Assembly (NCBI GenBank): GCA_015493765.1
Contig: WGCQ01000272.1
Location: forward strand, 1-50,137
Reading direction: 5' to 3'
Source of the DNA: Deltaproteobacteria bacterium
GTDB taxonomy: Bacteria > Myxococcota_A > UBA9042 > DTJE01 > S145-11
Length of the DNA stretch: 50,137 bases
The position numbers and the translations under genes were made by a program. Positions 19,774 through 29,042 of this stretch are shown here, one piece after another. Each line of letters opens with the position of its first letter. Positions within the stretch are counted from its first letter, which is position 1. The notes beneath the pieces are model-generated. The model was not told where the DNA came from and did not search any database. It saw only the letters and a list, made by a program, of their open reading frames with translations.

Positions 19774-20625
19774 TTAGTACCCGCCTCGTTTTGAGGCGCC
19801 CTTCCCTGTCACAATCTGAACGGAGGCGCTGGCCCCAATGCGGGTCGCGCCTGCCTTCACCATCTTTTTGGCGTCGTCAGCGGTGTGTATTCCACCTGAC
19901 GCCTTGACCCCCAGGTCCGGACCAACCACATCACGGATCAATGCCACGTCCTCGGCAGTGGCACCACCAGGACCGAACCCGGTTGATGTCTTGACGAACG
20001 CGGCTCCGGCAGCCTTGGACAAGGCGGAGGCGATGACCTTTTCATTATTCGTGAGCATTGCGGTTTCGATGATTACCTTTACCGGGTTGGGTGCAACGGT
20101 CTGTACGACCTTTCGTATATCCTCCAGGACATAGGCATAATCTTTGCTTTTCAATGCGCCCACGTTGATTACCATGTCCACCTCTTCGGCCCCGTCCTCG
20201 ACAGCCTTTTTGGCCTCGAATGCCTTGGCCTCGATGCTGGTGGCACCCAGGGGAAATCCCACCACTGCCACGACCTTAACAGGCGTGCCGACCAGTTGCT
20301 TACGGCAAAATTCCACGTTTGCAGCGTTTACGCATACGGAATAAAAATTGTATTCCTTTGCCTCAGCACACAGTTTTGTCAGGTCATCGTGGGTCGCACC
20401 TGGTTTCAGCAACGTGTGGTCGATTATGGGGGCAAGGTCGTCCTTTACCCTGCCAACCATTGGCCCCGCAGTCAACCTGGTGGCACCTGCCTCCACGATT
20501 CTTCGCGCCCCATCCGGGTCCCGCTTGACACTATGTGCCCATTCTCCATCATCCTGGACTGGTTCGATTTTTTCCTTGACCTTTTTTACAATCAGGTCAA
20601 CCAGTTTGTCCATATCATCAGCCAT
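19774..20625 (-). CDS. deoC: Deoxyribose-phosphate aldolase with N-terminal extension
   Basis: IDHTLLKP, VVGFPLGA, EVDMVIN, KVIIET, FVKTSTGF, VKASGG, RIGAS. Confidence 0.95.
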   Translation of the reverse strand: MADDMDKLVDLIVKKVKEKIEPVQDDGEWAHSVKRDPDGARRIVEAGATRLTAGPMVGRVKDDLAPIIDHTLLKPGATHDDLTKLCAEAKEYNFYSVCVNAANVEFCRKQLVGTPVKVVAVVGFPLGATSIEAKAFEAKKAVEDGAEEVDMVINVGALKSKDYAYVLEDIRKVVQTVAPNPVKVIIETAMLTNNEKVIASALSKAAGAAFVKTSTGFGPGGATAEDVALIRDVVGPDLGVKASGGIHTADDAKKMVKAGATRIGASASVQIVTGKGASKRGGY

Positions 20626-20633
20626 AGCCCCAC

Positions 20634-21404
20634 CTACTGCCTGAGTATCAACCTGCTGTCCCATGATAAGCCAGAAAGCCTGGCAAAACTGCCCTCACGG
20701 ACAGACAACTCCACGTAACCGGAGGAGTCGTAATGCCAGCATAACCCATCAGGCCGCACATTGCCATACGTACCATACTGAAATTCAAAAATATCGTCCT
20801 TCGTCACCACTGACAGTGGCTTTTCAGGTACAAAAATCCGGTCGTCCTGGTGTACCGCGACAAGTACGTTGCCGAAATCATCCATGAACAGCACTTGCGC
20901 ATGTATATCACCACGATTACGGCTGAAACCTGGCATGGGCAAGTCCACGGGTGTTACAACAGGACCCATGTCCTCAAAGGCCTGCGGGTTACAGGCCAGT
21001 ACAGCCGCAGCAGGTGCAAACACGTCCCTGCCGTGGAATGTCAGGGACGCATCCCCTGGGGCATCCAGGCGCCTGGCAATGTAATCAGTGCCATGCAGGG
21101 TCCACGACAACACGCCGTTGTCAGGTCCGACCAGAAAGCCTCGGTCCTTGACCTTTACAGCCAATGCCCCCCTGTTCGTGCCCACACCCGGGTCCACTAC
21201 CACCAGGTGTACGGCGGGCATGTCAAACGCCCGTACTGTTTGCCACAGGATAAATGCCGCAGCCTTTACCTGGAATGTGGGGCAATTGTGCGTGATGTCG
21301 ATCAGGCTTACATCCGGACAACCGGACAGAATTACACCCTTCATCACCGCCGGATAATGAACGGAAGCACCAAAATCCGTAAGCAGGGTGATTACTTTAT
21401 TCAT
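20634..21404 (-). CDS. SAM hydroxide adenosyltransferase / chlorinase-fluorinase family (DUF62)
   Basis: ITLLTDFG, DITH, VVDPGVGT, GPDNG, TFHGRDVFAP, DDFGN. Confidence 0.9.
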   Translation of the reverse strand: MNKVITLLTDFGASVHYPAVMKGVILSGCPDVSLIDITHNCPTFQVKAAAFILWQTVRAFDMPAVHLVVVDPGVGTNRGALAVKVKDRGFLVGPDNGVLSWTLHGTDYIARRLDAPGDASLTFHGRDVFAPAAAVLACNPQAFEDMGPVVTPVDLPMPGFSRNRGDIHAQVLFMDDFGNVLVAVHQDDRIFVPEKPLSVVTKDDIFEFQYGTYGNVRPDGLCWHYDSSGYVELSVREGSFARLSGLSWDSRLILRQ

Positions 21405-21416
21405 CCGGCCACACGA

Positions 21417-21836
21417 CTAAATCGTTTTGGGTCCTTCAGGCGGTACCGGTGCAGGCTGAAAGGGTGTGGTGGATTTACGTTCGATTTTTTGTTCGTCCAT
21501 GATGCTTTCGCCCTGGAACAATGCACCCTTTTCAACGGACAGGGCAGGTGTCGTGATGTTTCCGTGTATGCGCCCGGTCTTCAGTAATTCCACCGATGAC
21601 GTGGCAGTCACGTTACCTTTCATTTCACCACGCAACACGAGTGTATCCACGAATACATCCGCTGTCAGTTGGGCCTCCTCACCCACTATCAAGGTGCCCT
21701 GAGCCTTGATTTGGCCCGAGAACTTGCCGTCTATGCGTACGGTTCCCTTGAAAGACAGTTTCCCATCAAATTCAGTTCCGGCACCCAACAGTGCATTTAT
21801 CTTGTCGCTTCCAGGCATTCTTCCATTTTCAACCAT
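21417..21836 (-). CDS. Bactofilin (polymer-forming cytoskeletal protein)
   Basis: LGAGTEFDGKLSFKGTVRIDG…GNITTPALSVEKGALFQG beta-helix pattern. Confidence 0.92.
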   Translation of the reverse strand: MVENGRMPGSDKINALLGAGTEFDGKLSFKGTVRIDGKFSGQIKAQGTLIVGEEAQLTADVFVDTLVLRGEMKGNVTATSSVELLKTGRIHGNITTPALSVEKGALFQGESIMDEQKIERKSTTPFQPAPVPPEGPKTI

Positions 21837-21905
21837 TTTTTCCTCTCAAAATCAGGCCAGCCCTGATTTTGCATGAAAAAAAGCGTGTCGTCAAGACAAA
21901 AATGT

Positions 21906-21996
21906 GCCCCAAATTACCGGACTAAATTCGGGAGTGAAACTTCGCCTGACGGCTCGTTGTCACGTCCTGCGGCCTTAGGCAAGCCACTGCAAGCGG
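21906..21996 (+). repeat. MITE C-type repeat, direct repeat of 25422-25512
   Basis: 91-bp alignment with 3 mismatches by eye. Confidence 0.85.
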
Positions 21997-21999
21997 GCT

Positions 22000-23226
22000 C
22001 TAATAGTTTGGCAAATAGGGGCATAAATCCAGGTTGGCCTGCATGACCTGCTGTACCTTCATAAACATGGCGTCGCACTCCGGTCGAACCTCAGCCGTCC
22101 TTCGCCGTAGCGGACCGTAATGCCCTTTGGAACCGCCACTCACCCTCAACATGACCGCTGCATATTCTGCTGCAAAGGCAGGGCATTTTTTTTCCAGTTC
22201 CTGAAAGTCCCTGCCGGCACCGCTGCCGTAGTTTTCCCAGTCCTTTGCGCTGCATTTGACACCTTGCGAAAAGATGTCAAGCAGGCATTTTTCAGGTGTA
22301 GCCAGTTTCCTGGCCTTCCACATATTAAACAACTTTACCAGTTCGGCGCTAAAGACATGTGAATTGTAACTGGTCTGAAACAGGCCTGCTTCAGCGGTAT
22401 TCGAGGTCACGTTGTCCGCCGACCTGTCACGGCCACAACAGTACCTGCCGGAACTCTCGCGCATCCCAAGCCCAAGCAACAGGGTATATGCGTGACGCAG
22501 TGTGTCAATGCCGGGCTTGTCGTTGGACATGCCCAGGTCCGCAAAAATATTTGCATTGTCATACCACGCCAATGCATCATGGGCCGTATCCGACGTCTTT
22601 GCCTCGGAAACCACACGGATATCCGAACGCTTTTCATGGCATACTGCTGCGGCAAAGGACAATGCCATTCCCTGCATGTAGCCGATGGGTGCACGTCCTC
22701 GATCGCGCCATGAATAGGATGCACATTTGGACTGCGACGCGGTTTTAACAACGCCGGACACAACATCGAAACAATCCGAAAATGGCCCCCAGACGCCATT
22801 TTCGCAATGCCGGACCTTTTTGGCGCCGCCCCCGCAATCCTCGACATCAATGGCCCCGTCAGTGCACCTGTCCGCCAGGTCTGCCGCCACGTCTGCCCGC
22901 ATATCCTCTTGCGATATATCGCCCATGTCACCCGTTTCATCCGCCTGTTGATCCCTTTGTGCCGGTAAATCCGTGGAGTCCCATGTTGTTGCAAGGTCCT
23001 CGTCGAACACATCACCGGGCGCATCGACAGGTCCGTGGAATGATTCGCTTGGGATGTCAACATACTCATCGCCACTGTCGGCAGTATCAGTAAAGCCATT
23101 GTCCTGTATGGCAGGACAATGGGTGCTATGGCATGAATTCACCATGAACAGCGCTGTTGCAGATAACAGGAACAAGAAATTCGTCCGTTGACTCATTTTC
23201 AATTGATGCCTCCTGTCTTGAATCAT
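22000..23226 (-). CDS. Putative lipoprotein with Asp-rich linker and C-terminal lysozyme-like domain
   Basis: Lipobox-like VNSC, acidic linker, LGMRESSG…EAGLFQ motif pair; start codon uncertain. Confidence 0.6.
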   Translation of the reverse strand: MIQDRRHQLKMSQRTNFLFLLSATALFMVNSCHSTHCPAIQDNGFTDTADSGDEYVDIPSESFHGPVDAPGDVFDEDLATTWDSTDLPAQRDQQADETGDMGDISQEDMRADVAADLADRCTDGAIDVEDCGGGAKKVRHCENGVWGPFSDCFDVVSGVVKTASQSKCASYSWRDRGRAPIGYMQGMALSFAAAVCHEKRSDIRVVSEAKTSDTAHDALAWYDNANIFADLGMSNDKPGIDTLRHAYTLLLGLGMRESSGRYCCGRDRSADNVTSNTAEAGLFQTSYNSHVFSAELVKLFNMWKARKLATPEKCLLDIFSQGVKCSAKDWENYGSGAGRDFQELEKKCPAFAAEYAAVMLRVSGGSKGHYGPLRRRTAEVRPECDAMFMKVQQVMQANLDLCPYLPNY

Positions 23227-23279
23227 TGAACCGATAGGATCATACTGTTTTTACAATCGAATTACGAATTTTTGGGTAT

Positions 23280-25331
23280 TTACTGACGCAGGATGCGGGC
23301 CCCTCCCGGGTAACCGTAACTAACGTCCTTGTCCCATCCGTACACCACGATACCAAAGGCCCTGGAACCGGAAATAAAATGCGACCCCTCCCGGATTTCC
23401 ATGACCCCAATCGCGTAATCGCCTGTGACCCTGAACATCGAAGGGTCCAGTTGCTTGCCATCCAGGGTGATGCTTGCGCCCTTTGCCGCTATGATGTTCA
23501 GGTAATTTTTTGCGTATTTTCCAGGCACCAGGAAGGTGTATTTCGGCCTGAAACCACTGACCGGCACCGTCAGGATAAACGTGGGGTCACCAATTCCGGC
23601 GTCATCCGTGTCACAGTCCTTGTCCTTTTCGCAATACTTTTTGCTGTGTTCGCAAAAACAATCACCAACCACAATATTCGAACAGGGATAAGTGCCTCCC
23701 ATTTGCAGGTTCCCCACGCATTGTTCATCCGGGTCCGGCGCCTCGGAACCTTCCAGAAACTGTGCAACGGCGATGGGATAATCGGCCTCTATAACCACGT
23801 CCTTGTGGATTTCGAAATCGTATTTTTCGCCGGCCGCAAGTTCGGGAACCTGGGCCACTGGCGGTGTGACGGTCACGGTGGTGTGGTCATGGGTAGCCAG
23901 CACCCTTACCAGGTCGCCCGCCTTTCCGCGCTGGAAAGTCTTGGACACCACGTATTTTTTCCCAAGTGACTCCACGGGCACGATTTGCTGTTCAAGGTGG
24001 TCACAGTAGCCTACGAGTTCGCATCCATTGTAACCACAGGTATAGTCGTTTTGGAACGTACATTTCCCGTCTTTGCACTCGCTGAATGGCACATTTGCAC
24101 AGGCGCTGCCTGCAAATACCGCAACCTTATGGTCCGCTTTGACCAGGGTGCCGGTAAGGTCAGCCCCGACCTTGTGGGTTTCCAGGTTCAGCACCTCCCC
24201 GGAATTCAAGGTAAACTTGTATGTCTGGCCGGCCTGCATGGCTGGTACACCGTTCCCCGCCTTGATGTCCGCAGCCGGTATCACCGTTACATGAACCGGT
24301 GTGCCGGTAACACCGATCACGGTGACGTATGAACTGAGGTCCGCCCAGGATTGCGGATACGAAACCACCATGTAACTGGCACCCAGCGAGGCTTCCGGGA
24401 TCAACATGCTGGCGTCGTTACTGTACACGTCCACGTTTTCCAGTGGATTAAACTGGTAGGCCACAACAGGCAGGTCAGTCACGATTTGCCAGGCCCGTTG
24501 GCCCTTCATACTGCCCGTAACGTTATACGGTGGCAAATAGACCGGCGTGGAGCGTGACGGCGGCACCTGCAAGGTTTTGAACAGTGCCCCGGCCTTGTAA
24601 ATGCGTACGGTGGCAGTGGAGTTTTTACTGGTATTTCCAATCACCACGGCGAAAGGCGAATCCTGGGCGCTGTCTTCGTGGTTATAGGGATTTTTACCCT
24701 TCTGGTCCAGGTCAACGGCCCAGTACTTGCAACCGGCATTCGTTCCGAGTTTGGCATTTTCCTCGCATGGTGAAATACACCGCCCCATCCAGCAGTGTTT
24801 GCCCGTATGAACCGGGTCGCAATCCTGGACCAGGGACATGGAGCCGCCATCCGCGGAGCACTTCATCACCTTGTCGCCTTTGCAGGTCATCTGGCCGGGT
24901 ACGCAATCAAGGCATTTACCGTTTACGCACACCTTGTCCCCACAAGGAGTGGTTTCCCATCCTGAGCCATCCGGCTTGCACACGGCAGCCGCGTTGTTCT
25001 GGCAGGCCGGTTCCCCGCCGTGGCACACAGCACACCCCCCATTGAAGCATACCTTGCCCTGTGCCAGGCAATCCACCTTTTGCCATTTGCCGTCCGCATT
25101 GCACACCATGGATTCCTCGGTTTTGGTACATTGTTTTTGTCCCGGTGTACACCCTCCGTCTGTTTCCTTGATCGCGCTGTCACCCTTTGCGTAATCAAAG
25201 TCCACCAGGACCTTGTCCGGCGTATGCGCATCCTTCGACAGGCCGTTACTGGTACTGCCCCCGCAGGACATCAGAAATACCGTCGTCGTAAACACGATCA
25301 AGACGACAATCAAATTCAAAATTTTATTCAT
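23280..25331 (-). CDS. Cys-rich lipoprotein with IgGFc-binding N-terminal-type domain
   Basis: LMSC lipobox, Cys-rich repeats, GCKYWAVDLD, YQFNPL…SNDASMLIP, DHLEQQ, GDP, SYGYPGG. Confidence 0.85.
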   Translation of the reverse strand: MNKILNLIVVLIVFTTTVFLMSCGGSTSNGLSKDAHTPDKVLVDFDYAKGDSAIKETDGGCTPGQKQCTKTEESMVCNADGKWQKVDCLAQGKVCFNGGCAVCHGGEPACQNNAAAVCKPDGSGWETTPCGDKVCVNGKCLDCVPGQMTCKGDKVMKCSADGGSMSLVQDCDPVHTGKHCWMGRCISPCEENAKLGTNAGCKYWAVDLDQKGKNPYNHEDSAQDSPFAVVIGNTSKNSTATVRIYKAGALFKTLQVPPSRSTPVYLPPYNVTGSMKGQRAWQIVTDLPVVAYQFNPLENVDVYSNDASMLIPEASLGASYMVVSYPQSWADLSSYVTVIGVTGTPVHVTVIPAADIKAGNGVPAMQAGQTYKFTLNSGEVLNLETHKVGADLTGTLVKADHKVAVFAGSACANVPFSECKDGKCTFQNDYTCGYNGCELVGYCDHLEQQIVPVESLGKKYVVSKTFQRGKAGDLVRVLATHDHTTVTVTPPVAQVPELAAGEKYDFEIHKDVVIEADYPIAVAQFLEGSEAPDPDEQCVGNLQMGGTYPCSNIVVGDCFCEHSKKYCEKDKDCDTDDAGIGDPTFILTVPVSGFRPKYTFLVPGKYAKNYLNIIAAKGASITLDGKQLDPSMFRVTGDYAIGVMEIREGSHFISGSRAFGIVVYGWDKDVSYGYPGGARILRQ

Positions 25332-25421
25332 TTGTAATCCTTGAGTAACAGGTCGGTCCAACATGCAAAGACATTGTAATTCTTTATCAAATCTCGCAGG
25401 CCTTTGCAAGATGCTTGGTAG

Positions 25422-25545
25422 GCCCCAAATTACCTGACTAAATTCGGGAGTGAAACTTCGCCTGACGGCTCGTTGTCACGGCCTGCGGCCTTAGGCAAGC
25501 CACCGCAAGCGGTCCACCTGTTTCGTTGTGTACCTGTTTGACTTC
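25422..25545 (+). repeat. MITE C-type repeat
   Basis: Matches 21906-21996 and continues like 5815-5855. Confidence 0.85.
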
Positions 25546-25592
25546 GTTGTATCTATATGATAGCCCTGAATAGCCCTGGTGGCGGACAAAAT

Positions 25593-26354
25593 ATGGATAA
25601 AAATATCTTGATCGCAGCAGGATTTGACCCGTCCGGTGGTGCAGGTATTGTCCGTGACCTGCATGTAATGTGGGAATACGGCTTGAACCCGGCATCTGTT
25701 ATCACGGCACTTACGGCCCAGGACGATGAGCGTTTTTTGACCTGGGAGGCCGTAACGCCTGCCATGCTGAAGGCCCAATTACAGTCGGTATTACGAGGTG
25801 GGCGATGCAGGTGGGTAAAAATCGGCATGGTGGGAACGCCAGATAACCTGAAAACCCTGCTGGATGCCATTGAGGCGTTTTGTGAAGACGCATTCATTCT
25901 GCTGGACCCGGTATTGAAGGCATCCACAGGGCCTGACCTGGCCCAGGGCGATTATGTACGGGCCATACAGGAAAAACTGGACCGAATCAGTTTAATTACG
26001 CCAAATCTACCGGAACTGGAGCGCCTGGCAGGGCAACGGGTGGCAAACCGGCAACAGGCGGACTCATCCGCACGCGAACTGATAGCCCGTGGTGTCAAGG
26101 CCGTGGTTATTAAGGGCGGTCACCTGTTAGGTCCCAGCGTGGACAGGCTGATAAGCCCTGAAAATACAAGGGAATTTTTTGGAGATCGCCTTCCTGGTAC
26201 GATTCATGGTACCGGGTGCGCATTTTCCTCTGCATTGATTGCATCACTGGCGTTGAATAATCCAGGGCGAGTGACTTTCGAGGATATGGCCGATGCCGTT
26301 GCCAATGCAAAGGCATACGTACGCAGCCTGTTCAAGGCTCTGTCCGGGCAATAG
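25593..26354 (+). CDS. thiD: Hydroxymethylpyrimidine/phosphomethylpyrimidine kinase
   Basis: AGFDPSGGAGI, TALTAQ, VKIGM, LDPVL, ITPNLPE, IKGGH, HGTGCAFSSA. Confidence 0.9.
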   Translation: MDKNILIAAGFDPSGGAGIVRDLHVMWEYGLNPASVITALTAQDDERFLTWEAVTPAMLKAQLQSVLRGGRCRWVKIGMVGTPDNLKTLLDAIEAFCEDAFILLDPVLKASTGPDLAQGDYVRAIQEKLDRISLITPNLPELERLAGQRVANRQQADSSARELIARGVKAVVIKGGHLLGPSVDRLISPENTREFFGDRLPGTIHGTGCAFSSALIASLALNNPGRVTFEDMADAVANAKAYVRSLFKALSGQ

Positions 26355-26365
26355 GATTTTTGGCT

Positions 26366-26652
26366 CTTCCGGAATTAGCCTGGGTCACAAGCAGGCGGGA
26401 CCGTGGGTGTTGAATTGATGGCAAATTCAGGGCGGGTTTAGAACCCGCCACTACGAATATTGTGTAAATTCAGTGTGTTACAGTACAATGCAATTTGTGC
26501 GTTGTGTAATATAACGACGGAGGCCTGCGCTCCACGGTCAACGGTCAACGGCCACGGCCCCGGACTCGGCCAACGGCCAACGGTTACGGTCAACGGCCAA
26601 CGGTCAACGGCCAACGGTCACGGCCACGGCCAACGGTCAACGGCCACGGCCA
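26366..26652. repeat. Repeat cluster: repeat end TTCCGGAATTAGCCTGGGT, REP split by MITE A (26403-26518), ACGGTCA/ACGGCCA tandem run
   Basis: Modules shared with 120-515, 37440-37950 and 44738-45240. Confidence 0.8.
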
Positions 26653-26718
26653 GGCTTTACTACATCATGATATTATGCTAACAACAGCCTCCGGGTACAA
26701 AAAATTTTGGGAAAAGAT

Positions 26719-27918
26719 ATGCTAAATCCGAAAAGCCTTACATTCGTAGTTTTGACGTGGGGGTTGCTGTTGCCTTCGTGGTTGGCAGTTAGCAAACCAG
26801 GCAATAAGGCGAAGACCGCGGTAATAAAAACGGCCAAACAAAAGAACAGGGGATTCGATTTGTCAAAATACCTGCGCTGGGGCAAGGTTAAACTGGGGTT
26901 CCTGGGCTTCATAAACTACGAGTACACCATCCAGGCCGGTAAAACAGACAACCGGTTCAGGCTGAGCAGGTCATACCTTACCCTGGAATTCAAGCCGGTC
27001 AGGTGGTTTGAGTCCAGGGCCACGCTGGACGTGCACCAGAATACGGCAGGGGATTGGGATACCAGGTTCAAATACATCTACGCAAAATTCATCGCACCTG
27101 TTCATACCGTGGCAATCACCATGCCGAACATTGAAATCGGCCTGGTCCATGTGCCTTGGTTCGATTACGAGGAGCATATCAACCTGTACCGGGCGGAAGG
27201 GCCCATGTTTATCGAACGGGCAGGTGTACTGAATTCGGCGGACGTTGGTTTTACCGTGGGCGGACTGCTGGGGGAGAAACTAAACAAAAAATACCAGGAA
27301 GAGGTCAGTTCCAAATATCCTGGAAAATATGGCAGTTTTGCATTCGGGCTCTACAACGGGGCAGGCTACCACGCAAAGGAAAAAAACAAGAACAAGGTTT
27401 TTATGTCCCGCCTCAGCATCCGTCCCCTCGGTCCCGTATTCCCAAACCTCCAGGTTTCCTATTTCTTCATATACGGCAAGGGAAATACGCCTGGCACCTT
27501 GACTATTACGCCAAAAACGGGCAAGCCCTTCACCGTTGGTGCACCCAAATGGATGACTCACTTGATTTTTCTTAGCGTGGAGCACCAGTACTTCACCCTG
27601 ACGGCACAGTATGCCATGGGTACGGGCAATCAGAAAGGAAACAAACTTGACGTAAACGGCAATCCGTTAAAATTCAAGGGATGGTCAGTCTTTGGAGAGG
27701 TAAAACTGCCCTGGATTACTTCCAGTATTATTGGTCGATATGACTGGTGGAACTGGGACATGCAGGGCACAGTAGCACGATTCATGGCCGGTGCAGCCTA
27801 CCACTTCCTGAAACACAGTTATGTCCTGCTCAGTTTCAGCCGGGAATCACATAAAAACGACCCCCAATGGACTGCTCCAAAATGGGGCGTTCAGCTATCC
27901 ATCCAGGCGGATTTTTAG
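26719..27918 (+). CDS. Outer-membrane beta-barrel/porin-like protein
   Basis: Signal-like N-terminus, FRLSRSYL, amphipathic aromatic-rich strands, YNGAG, C-terminal Phe (QADF); start uncertain. Confidence 0.75.
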   Translation: MLNPKSLTFVVLTWGLLLPSWLAVSKPGNKAKTAVIKTAKQKNRGFDLSKYLRWGKVKLGFLGFINYEYTIQAGKTDNRFRLSRSYLTLEFKPVRWFESRATLDVHQNTAGDWDTRFKYIYAKFIAPVHTVAITMPNIEIGLVHVPWFDYEEHINLYRAEGPMFIERAGVLNSADVGFTVGGLLGEKLNKKYQEEVSSKYPGKYGSFAFGLYNGAGYHAKEKNKNKVFMSRLSIRPLGPVFPNLQVSYFFIYGKGNTPGTLTITPKTGKPFTVGAPKWMTHLIFLSVEHQYFTLTAQYAMGTGNQKGNKLDVNGNPLKFKGWSVFGEVKLPWITSSIIGRYDWWNWDMQGTVARFMAGAAYHFLKHSYVLLSFSRESHKNDPQWTAPKWGVQLSIQADF

Positions 27919-27941
27919 ATTATTACGTGATTAGTCCGGGT

Positions 27942-29042
27942 TTACCTTAAGCGCCTCAGCCTTTTCAGGACGTCCAAAACCCCATCCGCAGTACTGGAGT
28001 CGTCCTGCAACATCTGCACCTCTTCTTCAATACTGCGGCGGCGTCCATCCAATTTGACGTACTGGTCTATGGATTTTTTGAGTTTTTTCCGTGTCATGGT
28101 GTCGGCCAGTTCGCGGAAGTCGTCCACCAGTTCCTTGGGCTTACGTGAGTACAGCATTGACAGGGTAATCCTGGGCCTGGCCAGGGATTCATTCAGGAGC
28201 ACGCTGTACACGGGGATCACGTTGTCCTTGGCAAAATGGTCGATCAGGTCGTAAAACAAACTCGCACTGCCCTTCTGAGGAACTTCCAACAGAAACATGG
28301 CCTCGATGGGTTGTTCCGGAGGCAGTAAAAGTGGATTGATGTTTTCAGTGATCTGTTTGTCCAATGGTTGGTCCGCCTGGTATTCAAACACGTTGAAATG
28401 GTTGAAATACGGCTTTGTCGTGTATATCCTGAAATCCTCGTAGTCGATATGACCATCGAGTATCTCCATTTTTTTGTTTTTTTCCGGAATGGCATAGAAT
28501 TCCCGCAAACCGGAAAGCATCAGGTCGTTGAAATCGGCCTCTGCCAAGCGCTTTTCGAACTTCAGTTTATTGGTGAACAAGAACATGTTGCCCGTATTAC
28601 CGGCATCAATAGCCGGAGATACGCTGTCCATCAGGAAATCTATTGTATTTTCCACGTATTCCAGGGGTTCCTTGCCCAAATACGGGAGAATAAAGGCAAA
28701 TACCGTGGTATCGTTCAGTGGAATATTTTCCTGTTCGGACAGTTTTTTTAACAAGACCGAAGTAATTCCGCTACCAGTGCCACCGCCGGTGGAGGTAAAC
28801 ACGATATCCCCCTTGATGATATTCAATAGCTGCTCTTCGATGGTCACAGAGGCCATTCTGCCAACGATAGGATTTTTGCCTGACCCCCGAAATTGTCCCC
28901 GGCTGGAGTGGACCACTGCAAGAATTTTTTCCTTTGCCTCTACCTTGGACAGTTCGACCTCGGAAATATTGACGATCGTGGAATGTTCCGGGTCAAACAA
29001 TACGGCCAGCTTGGAACCGGCGCCCCCAATACCCACACTCAT
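27942..29042 (-). CDS. Divergent tubulin/FtsZ-superfamily GTPase (TubZ-like, not canonical FtsZ)
   Basis: GIGGAG (T1), IVNIS (T2), GSGKNPIVG (T3), TGGGTGSG (T4 signature), LPYLGKE (T5), GHIDYED (T7-like). Confidence 0.88.
   Translation of the reverse strand: MSVGIGGAGSKLAVLFDPEHSTIVNISEVELSKVEAKEKILAVVHSSRGQFRGSGKNPIVGRMASVTIEEQLLNIIKGDIVFTSTGGGTGSGITSVLLKKLSEQENIPLNDTTVFAFILPYLGKEPLEYVENTIDFLMDSVSPAIDAGNTGNMFLFTNKLKFEKRLAEADFNDLMLSGLREFYAIPEKNKKMEILDGHIDYEDFRIYTTKPYFNHFNVFEYQADQPLDKQITENINPLLLPPEQPIEAMFLLEVPQKGSASLFYDLIDHFAKDNVIPVYSVLLNESLARPRITLSMLYSRKPKELVDDFRELADTMTRKKLKKSIDQYVKLDGRRRSIEEEVQMLQDDSSTADGVLDVLKRLRRLR

Noticed and set aside
27942-29042. Canonical cell-division ftsZ
   Set aside because: No dcw context, divergent T2/T7 loops and no FtsZ C-terminal peptide.
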